A program made the translations under genes and the position numbers. 46,180 nucleotides of DNA, from assembly GCA_040904565.1 (NCBI GenBank), contig JBBDTI010000028.1:1-46180 (forward strand), in the 5' to 3' direction. This document shows, piece by piece, positions 1 through 7,735 of the stretch. Below the pieces are notes generated by a model. That model saw nothing but the letters and a program-made list of their open reading frames with translations. It searched no databases and had not been told where the DNA came from. The first letter of the stretch is position 1, and the number at the start of each line of letters is the position of its first letter. Origin of the DNA: Rhodothermales bacterium. Lineage in GTDB: Bacteria; Bacteroidota; Rhodothermia; Rhodothermales; VXPQ01.

Positions 1-1
1 G

Positions 2-75
2 TGGGCCCTACTGGATTTGAACCAGTGACCTCTCGCGTGTGAGGCGAGCGCTCTAAACCCCTGAGCTAAGGGCCC
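2..75 (-). tRNA. tRNA-Val (anticodon CAC)
   Basis: Reverse complement GGGCCCTTAGCTCAGGGGTTTAGAGCGCTCGCCTCACACGCGAGAGGTCACTGGTTCAAATCCAGTAGGGCCCA. Acceptor stem GGGCCCT/AGGGCCC, anticodon stem CTCGC/GCGAG with loop CT-CAC-AC, T-loop GTTCAAATC. A CCA tail, if encoded, would run off the window edge. Confidence 0.96.
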
Positions 76-205
76 CTGACATCGAATTTCGTAGCTGGTC
101 AACGACCGACGTCCCTGCTCGTTCCGAGTCGCGGCAGGTTGAAAAGATGCGACCGCCGCGGGCCGCGATCGCCGAACCACCGTCGTTGGTGAGCTGGACC
201 GAACG

Positions 206-847
206 TCACGGGAAGGCGGACGTCGAGCCGAAGGCGGCAACGGCTTGCCACGCCTGCGGGCGAAGCTCGTTGCCCAGGCCTCGCACCACGAGCGGTCGGC
301 TGGAACCCAGGCGCACCGCGTCCAGACCACGGGGTGAAAAACGCGACGATTCCATGAGGGCTCGATCCGCATCGCGAAGTTTGTGGAAGGAGGCCGGCGG
401 CGGGGTGCTCTTCTCCTGCGACATGAGGACGACCGAGGCCATGGACGTCCCCTCCTCATCGAGCGTGTCGACGACGATAACGCCGCCGAGAAACCCGATC
501 AGCAGGAGAATGGCCATCGCCGTCGACACTGTAGCAACGCCCTTAAGCCGGTCCGTCAAAAGGATCTGGAACGGTACCCTGCCGTTCATCAGCTCACAGG
601 TGAGCTCTCTTCGCAAACGGGCGTGCAGATCATTCGGGGCCTGACACCGGCAACCGTATCGACACAGCAGCAATCGGGTATCGCGCAAACATTCGATATG
701 CTCGCGGAGCTCCGGATTCGTACGTACGTACTCTTCGAAGACCTCCTGGACGACGGGGTCCATCGTTCCGTCCACGTACTCGCAGAGAAACTCGTCTTCT
801 AAGTCTGGATGATTGTCCTCACCCGTGGTGTGGTATCCCTCACACAT
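206..847 (-). CDS. Putative membrane-anchored anti-sigma factor (degenerate zf-HC2-like N-terminus, one TM helix)
   Basis: Directly downstream of the ECF sigma. N-terminus 'EFLCEYVDGTMDPVVQEVFEEYV' resembles anti-sigma domains; hydrophobic TM 'AMAILLLIGFLGGVIVV'. Confidence 0.7.
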   Translation of the reverse strand: MCEGYHTTGEDNHPDLEDEFLCEYVDGTMDPVVQEVFEEYVRTNPELREHIECLRDTRLLLCRYGCRCQAPNDLHARLRRELTCELMNGRVPFQILLTDRLKGVATVSTAMAILLLIGFLGGVIVVDTLDEEGTSMASVVLMSQEKSTPPPASFHKLRDADRALMESSRFSPRGLDAVRLGSSRPLVVRGLGNELRPQAWQAVAAFGSTSAFP

Positions 848-963
848 AGGCAGACCGAATCGACTTCACGTCAACTGAACGTCTACGCGCCACTGCACGT
901 CACGGTACTATGGCATGCGACTGTGGCATGCGCCATTCCGACTGGCGTAGGACGTCGACGATA

Positions 964-998
964 TAAAAAGGGCCGGCAGTTGAATAACCACCGGCCCT
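964..998 (-). terminator. Rho-independent terminator after the ECF sigma gene
   Basis: Minus strand AGGGCCGG-(14 nt)-CCGGCCCT followed by TTTTA, about 30 nt after the sigma stop codon. Confidence 0.75.
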
Positions 999-1025
999 CC
1001 GTTTCAACTCATCGCGGGTGGCGCG

Positions 1026-1688
1026 TTATTCTTCCTGCACGGAGTAAATATCTTTTAAGAGCAGTTGAAGTTTCGTCCGCCCCCGATTAATTCGGCTCTT
1101 TACGGTGCCCATGGGCAAACCCGTAATTTCGGCGATCTCTTCATACGCGAGCTGCTGCACGTCACGAAGCACGACGACCTCGCGAAACTCTTCAGGAATC
1201 TGCTTGAGAGCCTCCTGGATATAATGGTCTTGTATCGTACTTTCGGTATGCTTGTCTGGAGAGAAAGTTTCGTCAGGGACCTCCACTTCGTACTCCTCAT
1301 CGTCCCGATTTACGGACTGCAAGGAATACAGCCTCCGTCGCTTTCGCTTTCGATATTCGGATCGTGCGAGGTTGCCGGCAATCGTATAGAGCCACGTCGA
1401 AAACTTGGCGATCCGCCGGTAGGAATGGCGGTTACGGTAAACGCGAAGAAACGTCTCCTGAAGCAGATCCTCGCACTCCTTCATGTCACCGAGGAACCGG
1501 TAGATGTAGTTGGTAAGCGGATCCTTATACCGGCTCACCAGGATATCGAACGCCTCTACCGTACCGGCCTGAAATTGCGACATGAGGTCCTCGTCGCTCA
1601 TCTCATTGAGCGCTTCGAGGTGACGCGTATTCGGATTGATGCCCTTGTGGACCGTCTTCTGACGTTTCAGAACATGGGATTTCTGCAT
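1026..1688 (-). CDS. ECF RNA polymerase sigma factor (RpoE/SigW-like)
   Basis: Region 2 'EDLLQETFLRVY...AKFSTWLYTIAGN' and region 4 'YEEIAEITGLPMGTVKSRINRGR'. Start uncertain (1688 or 1739). Confidence 0.93.
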   Translation of the reverse strand: MQKSHVLKRQKTVHKGINPNTRHLEALNEMSDEDLMSQFQAGTVEAFDILVSRYKDPLTNYIYRFLGDMKECEDLLQETFLRVYRNRHSYRRIAKFSTWLYTIAGNLARSEYRKRKRRRLYSLQSVNRDDEEYEVEVPDETFSPDKHTESTIQDHYIQEALKQIPEEFREVVVLRDVQQLAYEEIAEITGLPMGTVKSRINRGRTKLQLLLKDIYSVQEE

Positions 1689-1755
1689 GAGCGTCGATGC
1701 AATGGTTATGTAGATGGAGGCACTCGGCCCCACTTGCATTCAGCGGCGAGCCGGA

Positions 1756-2778
1756 CTAACCGGCAGCCGCGAGGATCTTACGGAGCATCAGCGTCATGAT
1801 GAGGCGCTCGCTCCGGCTCGATCCTCCCTTAAGCTCGTAGTCCGCCGCCAGCAGGGCGCCAAAAGCCTCCTCGATGGAGGGCAATCGATACCTCCGCAGA
1901 CTGGCGACATACTCTTTTATAAAATACGGCGGAACACCGATGCGCCCCGCTTTGGCTCGATCCGACATCCCGCTCTCGCACGACGTCAACTTCCAGAGCT
2001 TCGTAAAATACGCATTCAGAACAGCCACGATCATGAGCGCTTCGCCGCGCGCGTTGGATGCCTGTTGCAACATTCGTTCCGCAATACGAAAGGCGTCCGA
2101 CCGTCGCGTTTCGCCGACGGCGCGCTGAAGCTCGAACACGTTGAACTCACGGGTCTGTCCGCTCGCGTGGACAACATCGTCCGCCGTAATGGTCTCACGG
2201 CCCCCCGTAAACGTCTTTAATTTTTCGAGCTCGCCGGCGGCACGCCTCAGGTTCGTCCCCACGTAATCGGCGAGCATCCGTACCGCCTCGGGCGTGATAT
2301 CGAAACCTTCGGCTTCGGCCCTGTGCTTGATCCAACCGGGCATCTGGTTATCGTAGAGCGTCTTCGCCTCCATCGACACGGCGTGCTCGCGCAGCGCACG
2401 GTAGGGATGGGCGGAAAGGTTCGGCTTAGCAGCGCAAACGAGCACGACGACGGCAGACGGATTCGGCCGCTCCGCATATTCCTTGAACAACCGGTTGTCC
2501 TTTAATTTTTCGAAATCTCGTACGATCACCACCCGGCGCTCAGCCATCACCGGATAGGACGTACACACCGAGAGGACACTCCGCGCGTCCGAGTCGTCTG
2601 CGTAAATGATATCCAGATTGAAATCACGCTCGTGCTCGGCCGGCGCATGCTGCAGCAGCACGTCCTGAAGTTCGTCCGCCAGGTACCGCTCCTCTCCGTA
2701 GAGGAAATAAAGCGGCTCGAAATTCTCGTGGCGAAATGCCGTGGCCAGCTGTTCGAAGGTCCTTTCATCCGCTCCCAT
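1756..2778 (-). CDS. holA: DNA polymerase III subunit delta
   Basis: 'PLYFLYGEERYL', 'YPVMAERRVVIV', 'ELEKL', 'FNVFEL', 'ADYELKGG'; 340 aa is typical of HolA. Confidence 0.93.
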   Translation of the reverse strand: MGADERTFEQLATAFRHENFEPLYFLYGEERYLADELQDVLLQHAPAEHERDFNLDIIYADDSDARSVLSVCTSYPVMAERRVVIVRDFEKLKDNRLFKEYAERPNPSAVVVLVCAAKPNLSAHPYRALREHAVSMEAKTLYDNQMPGWIKHRAEAEGFDITPEAVRMLADYVGTNLRRAAGELEKLKTFTGGRETITADDVVHASGQTREFNVFELQRAVGETRRSDAFRIAERMLQQASNARGEALMIVAVLNAYFTKLWKLTSCESGMSDRAKAGRIGVPPYFIKEYVASLRRYRLPSIEEAFGALLAADYELKGGSSRSERLIMTLMLRKILAAAG

Positions 2779-2829
2779 ACGCCTGCGGTTCTACTGCGTA
2801 ATCTCTCCAAAAAATCTAGCGTGACCGTT

Positions 2830-2978
2830 CCCTTGCAAGCCGATGCGGTGGCGCGAATTGCCGACCTTGGCGGACCGTTCTCCGGCCCGCCTGCCCGAGA
2901 ACGCCGCCCCTACCGCCTGCGTCCTACGCGCGGGACCGATCCGGTAATATACACCACGACTGGCTCCGGCCCAAAGGG
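2830..2978. ncRNA. Candidate structured RNA of unknown family
   Basis: Six nested complementary helices plus a side hairpin, found by eye in the holA/DinB intergenic region (see findings). Confidence 0.35.
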
Positions 2979-3039
2979 CTTATCATTTTCAAGAACGACC
3001 GGCTTCTCTATTCTAGTATTCTTCAACGCCGTCCGGAAC

Positions 3040-3576
3040 CTATTTCGGGAGATCCTCTTCCCTGGATGTGAGCCTGCTTTCGTGCAGGCGATACGCGGCG
3101 GAGCGAAGCAGTGCGACGTCGTGCTGCACGATAGCATAAGCCAGGCCGAACACATCGGTCTTATCGCCGTCTACCTTCAACTCGAGGTGCCACGCATCGA
3201 AGGACAGAGACGCGAGGCGCTCTACCAGTCCGGCACGGGCCGATCGAACGCGTTCGACGATGCGATCCATATCCCGCTGGTTCCACTGCTCCTCCGCTAG
3301 CAGATCGCGATCCTCCGGCATATCTACCTGTACGACCTCCGTGCCGGACAGCCGGCTGACCGCCGGCTCGTACACCCGTTCATCGAAGAGGGCGAGGAGG
3401 GAATAGATCTCCTTGAACGAGGGATCGTCCGGCAGCGGTCGGCCCTCGAGAATTTCCGTGGGTATGACGGCCACATGTCGCCGGAGGGCGTCGACCTCGT
3501 CACGCAGGTGGTCCAGCTGCTCGAGCAACGCCTCGCGGGTCTCCCTGGTGCGGAGGCTGTCGTTCCGGCTACTCAT
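3040..3576 (-). CDS. DinB/YfiT-like four-helix-bundle protein
   Basis: 'RPLPDDPSFKEI', 'VRSARAGLVERLASLSFDAW' and 'IVQHD' follow the DinB_2 family pattern. Confidence 0.65.
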   Translation of the reverse strand: MSSRNDSLRTRETREALLEQLDHLRDEVDALRRHVAVIPTEILEGRPLPDDPSFKEIYSLLALFDERVYEPAVSRLSGTEVVQVDMPEDRDLLAEEQWNQRDMDRIVERVRSARAGLVERLASLSFDAWHLELKVDGDKTDVFGLAYAIVQHDVALLRSAAYRLHESRLTSREEDLPK

Positions 3577-3672
3577 CGTTCATCGTCGCATACAGGTGAA
3601 TCCGGACCACGGCAAGCCCCGGACGGTCTAAAATCCAGTTGACGAACCGCGAACATCCACAGGGGCGTCCGT

Positions 3673-4389
3673 CTATTCCGCCTGGTGGTGAGAAGCGGGC
3701 GGTCCACCGCGATCGCTACCCCAGTCGGCGTCGGCCGAGACGACGGCGGGATCCTCCAGGTTCAGCTCGTCGTCACCATCCCCGGACACCTGATCGGCGA
3801 GAAAGGACAGAAATTGCCGATCCTTGAGGCTATGAATGTTGTTTTCCTTCGGAAACTGCCACTGCTGTCCGAACTGAGGATCCTTGTACGCGTCGAGATA
3901 GTCGAGCCGATCCTTGAGCTGCTCCTTCGGCATAAGGAGGCGTTCCAGTCCGAATATGGCCTCGTCGCGGCTCTGGAACGTGAGGTCGTACTCCTTCGAC
4001 ATCACGATCGCTTCTTCGGGACACACCTCCTCGCAGTAGCCGCAGTAGATGCAGCGGAGCATGTTGATCTCGAACCACTTCGGCTCTCTCTCTTTCACCC
4101 CTTCGATCTCGTGGGACTGCATGGAGATGGCCATCGGCGGACACGCGCGGGCGCACAGATTGCACGACACGCACCGCGGCTTTCCGTCCTCCTCTACGAG
4201 GACGGGACGGCCCCGGTAACTGTCGGGGGGGTACCACTGCTCTTCCGGATACTCGACCGTATAGCTCGGAAGCTGCATCTTCCGAAAGCTGTAGCCGAGG
4301 CCCGAAAATACCTTCGGCAGATACATGCGCTCCCACAAATTCAGGTCGCGCTCGTTCTCCTTTCTGAGATTTGCCGGTGTACCGGGCAT
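3673..4389 (-). CDS. nuoI: NADH-quinone oxidoreductase subunit I (Nqo9), stand-alone
   Basis: 'TVEYPEE...YRGRP', two 4Fe-4S motifs [12 protein letters not shown] and [12 protein letters not shown], and 'FEINMLRC'. Confidence 0.93.
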   Translation of the reverse strand: MPGTPANLRKENERDLNLWERMYLPKVFSGLGYSFRKMQLPSYTVEYPEEQWYPPDSYRGRPVLVEEDGKPRCVSCNLCARACPPMAISMQSHEIEGVKEREPKWFEINMLRCIYCGYCEEVCPEEAIVMSKEYDLTFQSRDEAIFGLERLLMPKEQLKDRLDYLDAYKDPQFGQQWQFPKENNIHSLKDRQFLSFLADQVSGDGDDELNLEDPAVVSADADWGSDRGGPPASHHQAE

Positions 4390-4718
4390 AGTCGAACTAA
4401 GGGCTGATCAATCGATGGCTCCGCTGTGGACGATCCACGACAGAAGATAGGTGCTGTCGCGTTTTACTACGAACGGGATACGTTAATAGGTTCTGAAGAA
4501 TCGGCGTCGAGGCGGCAACGCCCCACCCGAAGTGCCATCCACAGGCCATCTCCCGTCCAGGGACGTGAATCGGCCGTAGAGCAGGTTCTTTGTCTATCAC
4601 GCGGGCCGTATCCCGCGCGTCTGTACCGCGCGATAGTCCGACCGTTTCCGCTATATTTACATCGGCTGATCGCGCGGGACGCACGCCCCGCCCATTCCCG
4701 TCCACGACGTCCGACGAC

Positions 4719-6656
4719 ATGCTGCATTTCAAAGATCGTTTCAAATTCTTCCTCGAACGGTGGATCCAGCGTGGCGCGGGGATGCAGCTTTTGTTTACCG
4801 CCTGCGTGATCGCATGTATTTCGATCATCGGCGGCGTCGTCGCCTGGGCCTTCTCGCCGCAGTTCGACGATGTCGCCGCCGCCATCTGGTGGGCGTTCCT
4901 GCGGCTATCGGATCCGGGATACCTGGGCGACGACGAAGGGGTACTGCTACGTACCGTTTCGACCGTCATCACCGTGCTCGGGTACGTCGTCTTTCTGGGA
5001 TCGCTCGTCGCGATCATGACGCAGTGGCTCAACGAAACGATGCGGACGCTCCAGAGCGGGCTTACTCCGATCGCCGTGCGAAATCACATCCTGATTCTCG
5101 GGTGGACGAACCGCACGCCGACCATCGTACAGGAGCTGATGCTCTCGGAAGGCAGGGTCGCTCGCTTTCTGAGCCGCCGGGGCGTGCGCCGTCTGCGCAT
5201 CGTTATCTTGACGGACGAGGTATCGCGCGAACGGATGGCCGAGCTACACGAAACGGTTGGATCGCGGTGGCGCGAGCATCGGATCATATTACGGTCGGGA
5301 ACCTCGCTCCGCATGGACCACCTCCGCCGGGTGGCCTATCGAAACGCCTCGGTCGTTATTATTCCCGGTGCCGACTTCCTCCTCGGCGGCGCGGCCGTAA
5401 CCGACGCCCGAGTCGTCAAGACGATCATCGCACTGGCACCCGGCGATTCCGGGCATTCCTCGCGATGCCCCACCGTCGTGGCCGAGGTGTTCGATCCCCA
5501 CAAGCGGGCCATTGCGGAAAACGCGTATCGGGGCGGCGAAATTAACGTGCTGAGCAGCGACACCTTCGTCAGCCGCCTGATTGCGCAGAACGTGCGCCAT
5601 CGGGGTCTCTCGTATATCTACGCCGAGCTGCTGTCCCACGGCGTCGGCAACGAGATTTACGTACGACGACTCCCTGAATTCGATGGCCGACCGTTCGGTG
5701 AATGCGTCAGCCACGTACCTCACGCTATCGCCCTGGGCGTAGTCCGCCCCGAAGGGACTCGGTTCGTGCCCTATCTGAACCCAGGCGCGGATTTTACGAT
5801 CGAAAAGGAAGACAGGCTCATTTTTATCGCCCAATCCTACGATCAGTGCGGGCCGGAGGACGACGAACGGATCGAGGAGACGGAGACCATTGCCTGGAAG
5901 GAGGGGGGCGGAACCGTGTCGAACCGCCGGATCCTGGTGCTCGGGTGGAGCCACAAGCTCATGGCACTGCTCGACGAGTTCGGCGGGTACGAGAACGAGC
6001 GGTTCCAGATCGACGTGCTTTCGCGCATTCCCGTAGACGAGCGGACTGCTGCGCTGTCGGATGCCGCTACGTCGGACCGTGTCAGCGTGCGTCATATCCT
6101 GGGCGACTATACGGTATGGGACAAGCTGTCGTCCGCCCAGCCTTCGACATACGAAAACGTCGTCTTCCTGGCCAGCGACTGGCTGGACAGCGAGGAGGAA
6201 TCGGATGCCCGGACCGTACTCGGCTACGTACTGCTTCGGTCCATCCTGGAAGAAGCCGACCACCGCCCGGAACTTTTGATCGAACTCATGGACCCGGAGA
6301 ACGCGCGCCTGTTCAAGCGCCGCCTGGGTGAAGTGATCATCAGTCCGATGATCCTCAGCCACCTCCTCGCGCACGTAGCCCTGCGCGGAGAGCTCAACGT
6401 CGTGTTCAGCAGGCTGTTCGGGGCCGGCGGGGCCGAATTTACGTTTTATCGGGCCGGCGACGTCGGATTGGATGGGCACCCCGTGGGGATACGGGCACTA
6501 CGCCGTGCCGCGGCGGCCAAACAGCAGATCGTGCTCGGCGTACGTATCAGATCGGAATTCAACCGGACCGGCGGCGGCGTGTACCTCAATCCGCCTCCCG
6601 AAAGGCGATGGATTCTGCAGCCGGACGACGAGATCATCCTTTTGGCGGAGGAGTGA
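4719..6656 (+). CDS. CASTOR/POLLUX (DMI1)-related putative ion channel: 2 TM plus pore loop plus two RCK-like domains
   Basis: TM-pore-TM 'IWWAFLRLSDPGYLGDD', then RCK-like units 'NHILILGW' and 'RRILVLGW', and 'GVYLNPP' near the C-terminus. Start set at ATG 4719; the ORF track begins at TTG 4590. Confidence 0.8.
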   Translation: MLHFKDRFKFFLERWIQRGAGMQLLFTACVIACISIIGGVVAWAFSPQFDDVAAAIWWAFLRLSDPGYLGDDEGVLLRTVSTVITVLGYVVFLGSLVAIMTQWLNETMRTLQSGLTPIAVRNHILILGWTNRTPTIVQELMLSEGRVARFLSRRGVRRLRIVILTDEVSRERMAELHETVGSRWREHRIILRSGTSLRMDHLRRVAYRNASVVIIPGADFLLGGAAVTDARVVKTIIALAPGDSGHSSRCPTVVAEVFDPHKRAIAENAYRGGEINVLSSDTFVSRLIAQNVRHRGLSYIYAELLSHGVGNEIYVRRLPEFDGRPFGECVSHVPHAIALGVVRPEGTRFVPYLNPGADFTIEKEDRLIFIAQSYDQCGPEDDERIEETETIAWKEGGGTVSNRRILVLGWSHKLMALLDEFGGYENERFQIDVLSRIPVDERTAALSDAATSDRVSVRHILGDYTVWDKLSSAQPSTYENVVFLASDWLDSEEESDARTVLGYVLLRSILEEADHRPELLIELMDPENARLFKRRLGEVIISPMILSHLLAHVALRGELNVVFSRLFGAGGAEFTFYRAGDVGLDGHPVGIRALRRAAAAKQQIVLGVRIRSEFNRTGGGVYLNPPPERRWILQPDDEIILLAEE

Positions 6657-6669
6657 CGCCCCCGACGCC

Positions 6670-7593
6670 TCACGGCCTCTGTATCTCTCGGGAAACGCGC
6701 ACGGCGCCTTTAGACGGACGCAGAGCCTCGCCGTGACGCCGCGCCCATACCTGTGTGAACTCGGCACCCAGCAGCACGAGGACCGCCGAATAGTAGATCC
6801 ACAGCAGCACGAGAGCGAATGACCCGGCCGCGCCGAACACACTTCCGGGGTTGCTCTGCCCGAGGTAAATTCCGGTCGCCATCTTTCCTACGACGAACAG
6901 CGCACCGGTCACCGCCGCACCCGTCCACACGTCGCGCCAGCTGATCCGGGCATCCGGCAAGATCCGGTACATGGCGGCGAACAGTGTCGTGATGAGAGCC
7001 ACGGACACCGCGAAATCCATCACCTTCGAGAGGCTCAGCGGCAGACCCGGCACCAGTTCCTGAAGGTTGCTTCCGATCGCGGTAAGGGTCGTGCTCAAGA
7101 CCAGGGACACTACGAGAAGAAATCCGGTCCCGAGGATCATACCGAACGAGAGGGCCCGCTTGACGAAAAACGTGGCGATGGAGCTGCGGTCCGGGGCGAG
7201 CTGCACGCCCCACGCACGATTCAGCGCGCGCTGCAATTGGTGGAAGGCACCTGTGGCGCCGGCAACGAGCGCGACGACACCGATCAGCGTCGCCCAGAAG
7301 CTCCCATCGCCCGCGAGACTATGGCTGGCATTCGACACCATCATCTGAATCTGTCCAGCCGCGTCCGACCCGACCACTTGCGTGATCTCCGCGGCGAGGC
7401 GACCCTCGACGGCCTCCTCACCGAGCTGTACGCCGGCGAAAGTGACGATCAGAACGAGAAGCGGAGGGAGCGAGAATACGGTATAGAACGCCACGGCCGC
7501 CGCCATCTGAAGGCAGTCATCGGCCATGAATTCGTCGACCGTCTCCTTAAGGATCGACCATGCTGTCCTGGACTGTTTACGTGCGCGAGTCAT
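6670..7593 (-). CDS. YihY/virulence factor BrkB family membrane protein
   Basis: 'AAAVAFYTVFSLPPLL', 'LQRALNRAWGV', 'YRILPD', 'GAAGSFALVLLWIYYSA', 'LLGAEF'. Confidence 0.92.
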   Translation of the reverse strand: MTRARKQSRTAWSILKETVDEFMADDCLQMAAAVAFYTVFSLPPLLVLIVTFAGVQLGEEAVEGRLAAEITQVVGSDAAGQIQMMVSNASHSLAGDGSFWATLIGVVALVAGATGAFHQLQRALNRAWGVQLAPDRSSIATFFVKRALSFGMILGTGFLLVVSLVLSTTLTAIGSNLQELVPGLPLSLSKVMDFAVSVALITTLFAAMYRILPDARISWRDVWTGAAVTGALFVVGKMATGIYLGQSNPGSVFGAAGSFALVLLWIYYSAVLVLLGAEFTQVWARRHGEALRPSKGAVRVSREIQRP

Positions 7594-7735
7594 GGGCGAG
7601 GTGCAGACGCTGGACGGGATGTGAGGTGCGGTGGTAGATCCTGTGAGAAATGCTGTGAGAGATGCTGTGAGGCTCCCTGTGACAGATCGTGTAACACATT
7701 CTGTGAGACTTCCCGTGAGAAATCCTTTGCGCCAT
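7577..7735 (-). CDS. Possible 52-aa His-periodic peptide
   Basis: Its ATG overlaps the kef stop (TGATG). MAQRISHGKSHRMCYTICHREPHSISHSISHRIYHRTSHPVQRLHLAHDSRT; ends inside the yihY start region. Confidence 0.3.
   Translation of the reverse strand: MAQRISHGKSHRMCYTICHREPHSISHSISHRIYHRTSHPVQRLHLAHDSRT
7641..7724. repeat. Degenerate 12-bp tandem array, 7 copies (consensus CTGTGAGANATN), with two more eroded copies extending to 7617
   Basis: CTGTGAGAAATG, CTGTGAGAGATG, CTGTGAGGCTCC, CTGTGACAGATC, GTGTAACACATT, CTGTGAGACTTC, CCGTGAGAAATC. Confidence 0.85.

Noticed and set aside
1-200. tRNA-Val as an integration site
   Set aside because: The tRNA 3' end faces out of the window; no integrase or tRNA-end duplication is visible here.
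7617-7724. Repeat array considered as a CRISPR
   Set aside because: Units are 12 bp, contiguous and degenerate, with no unique spacers and no cas genes.
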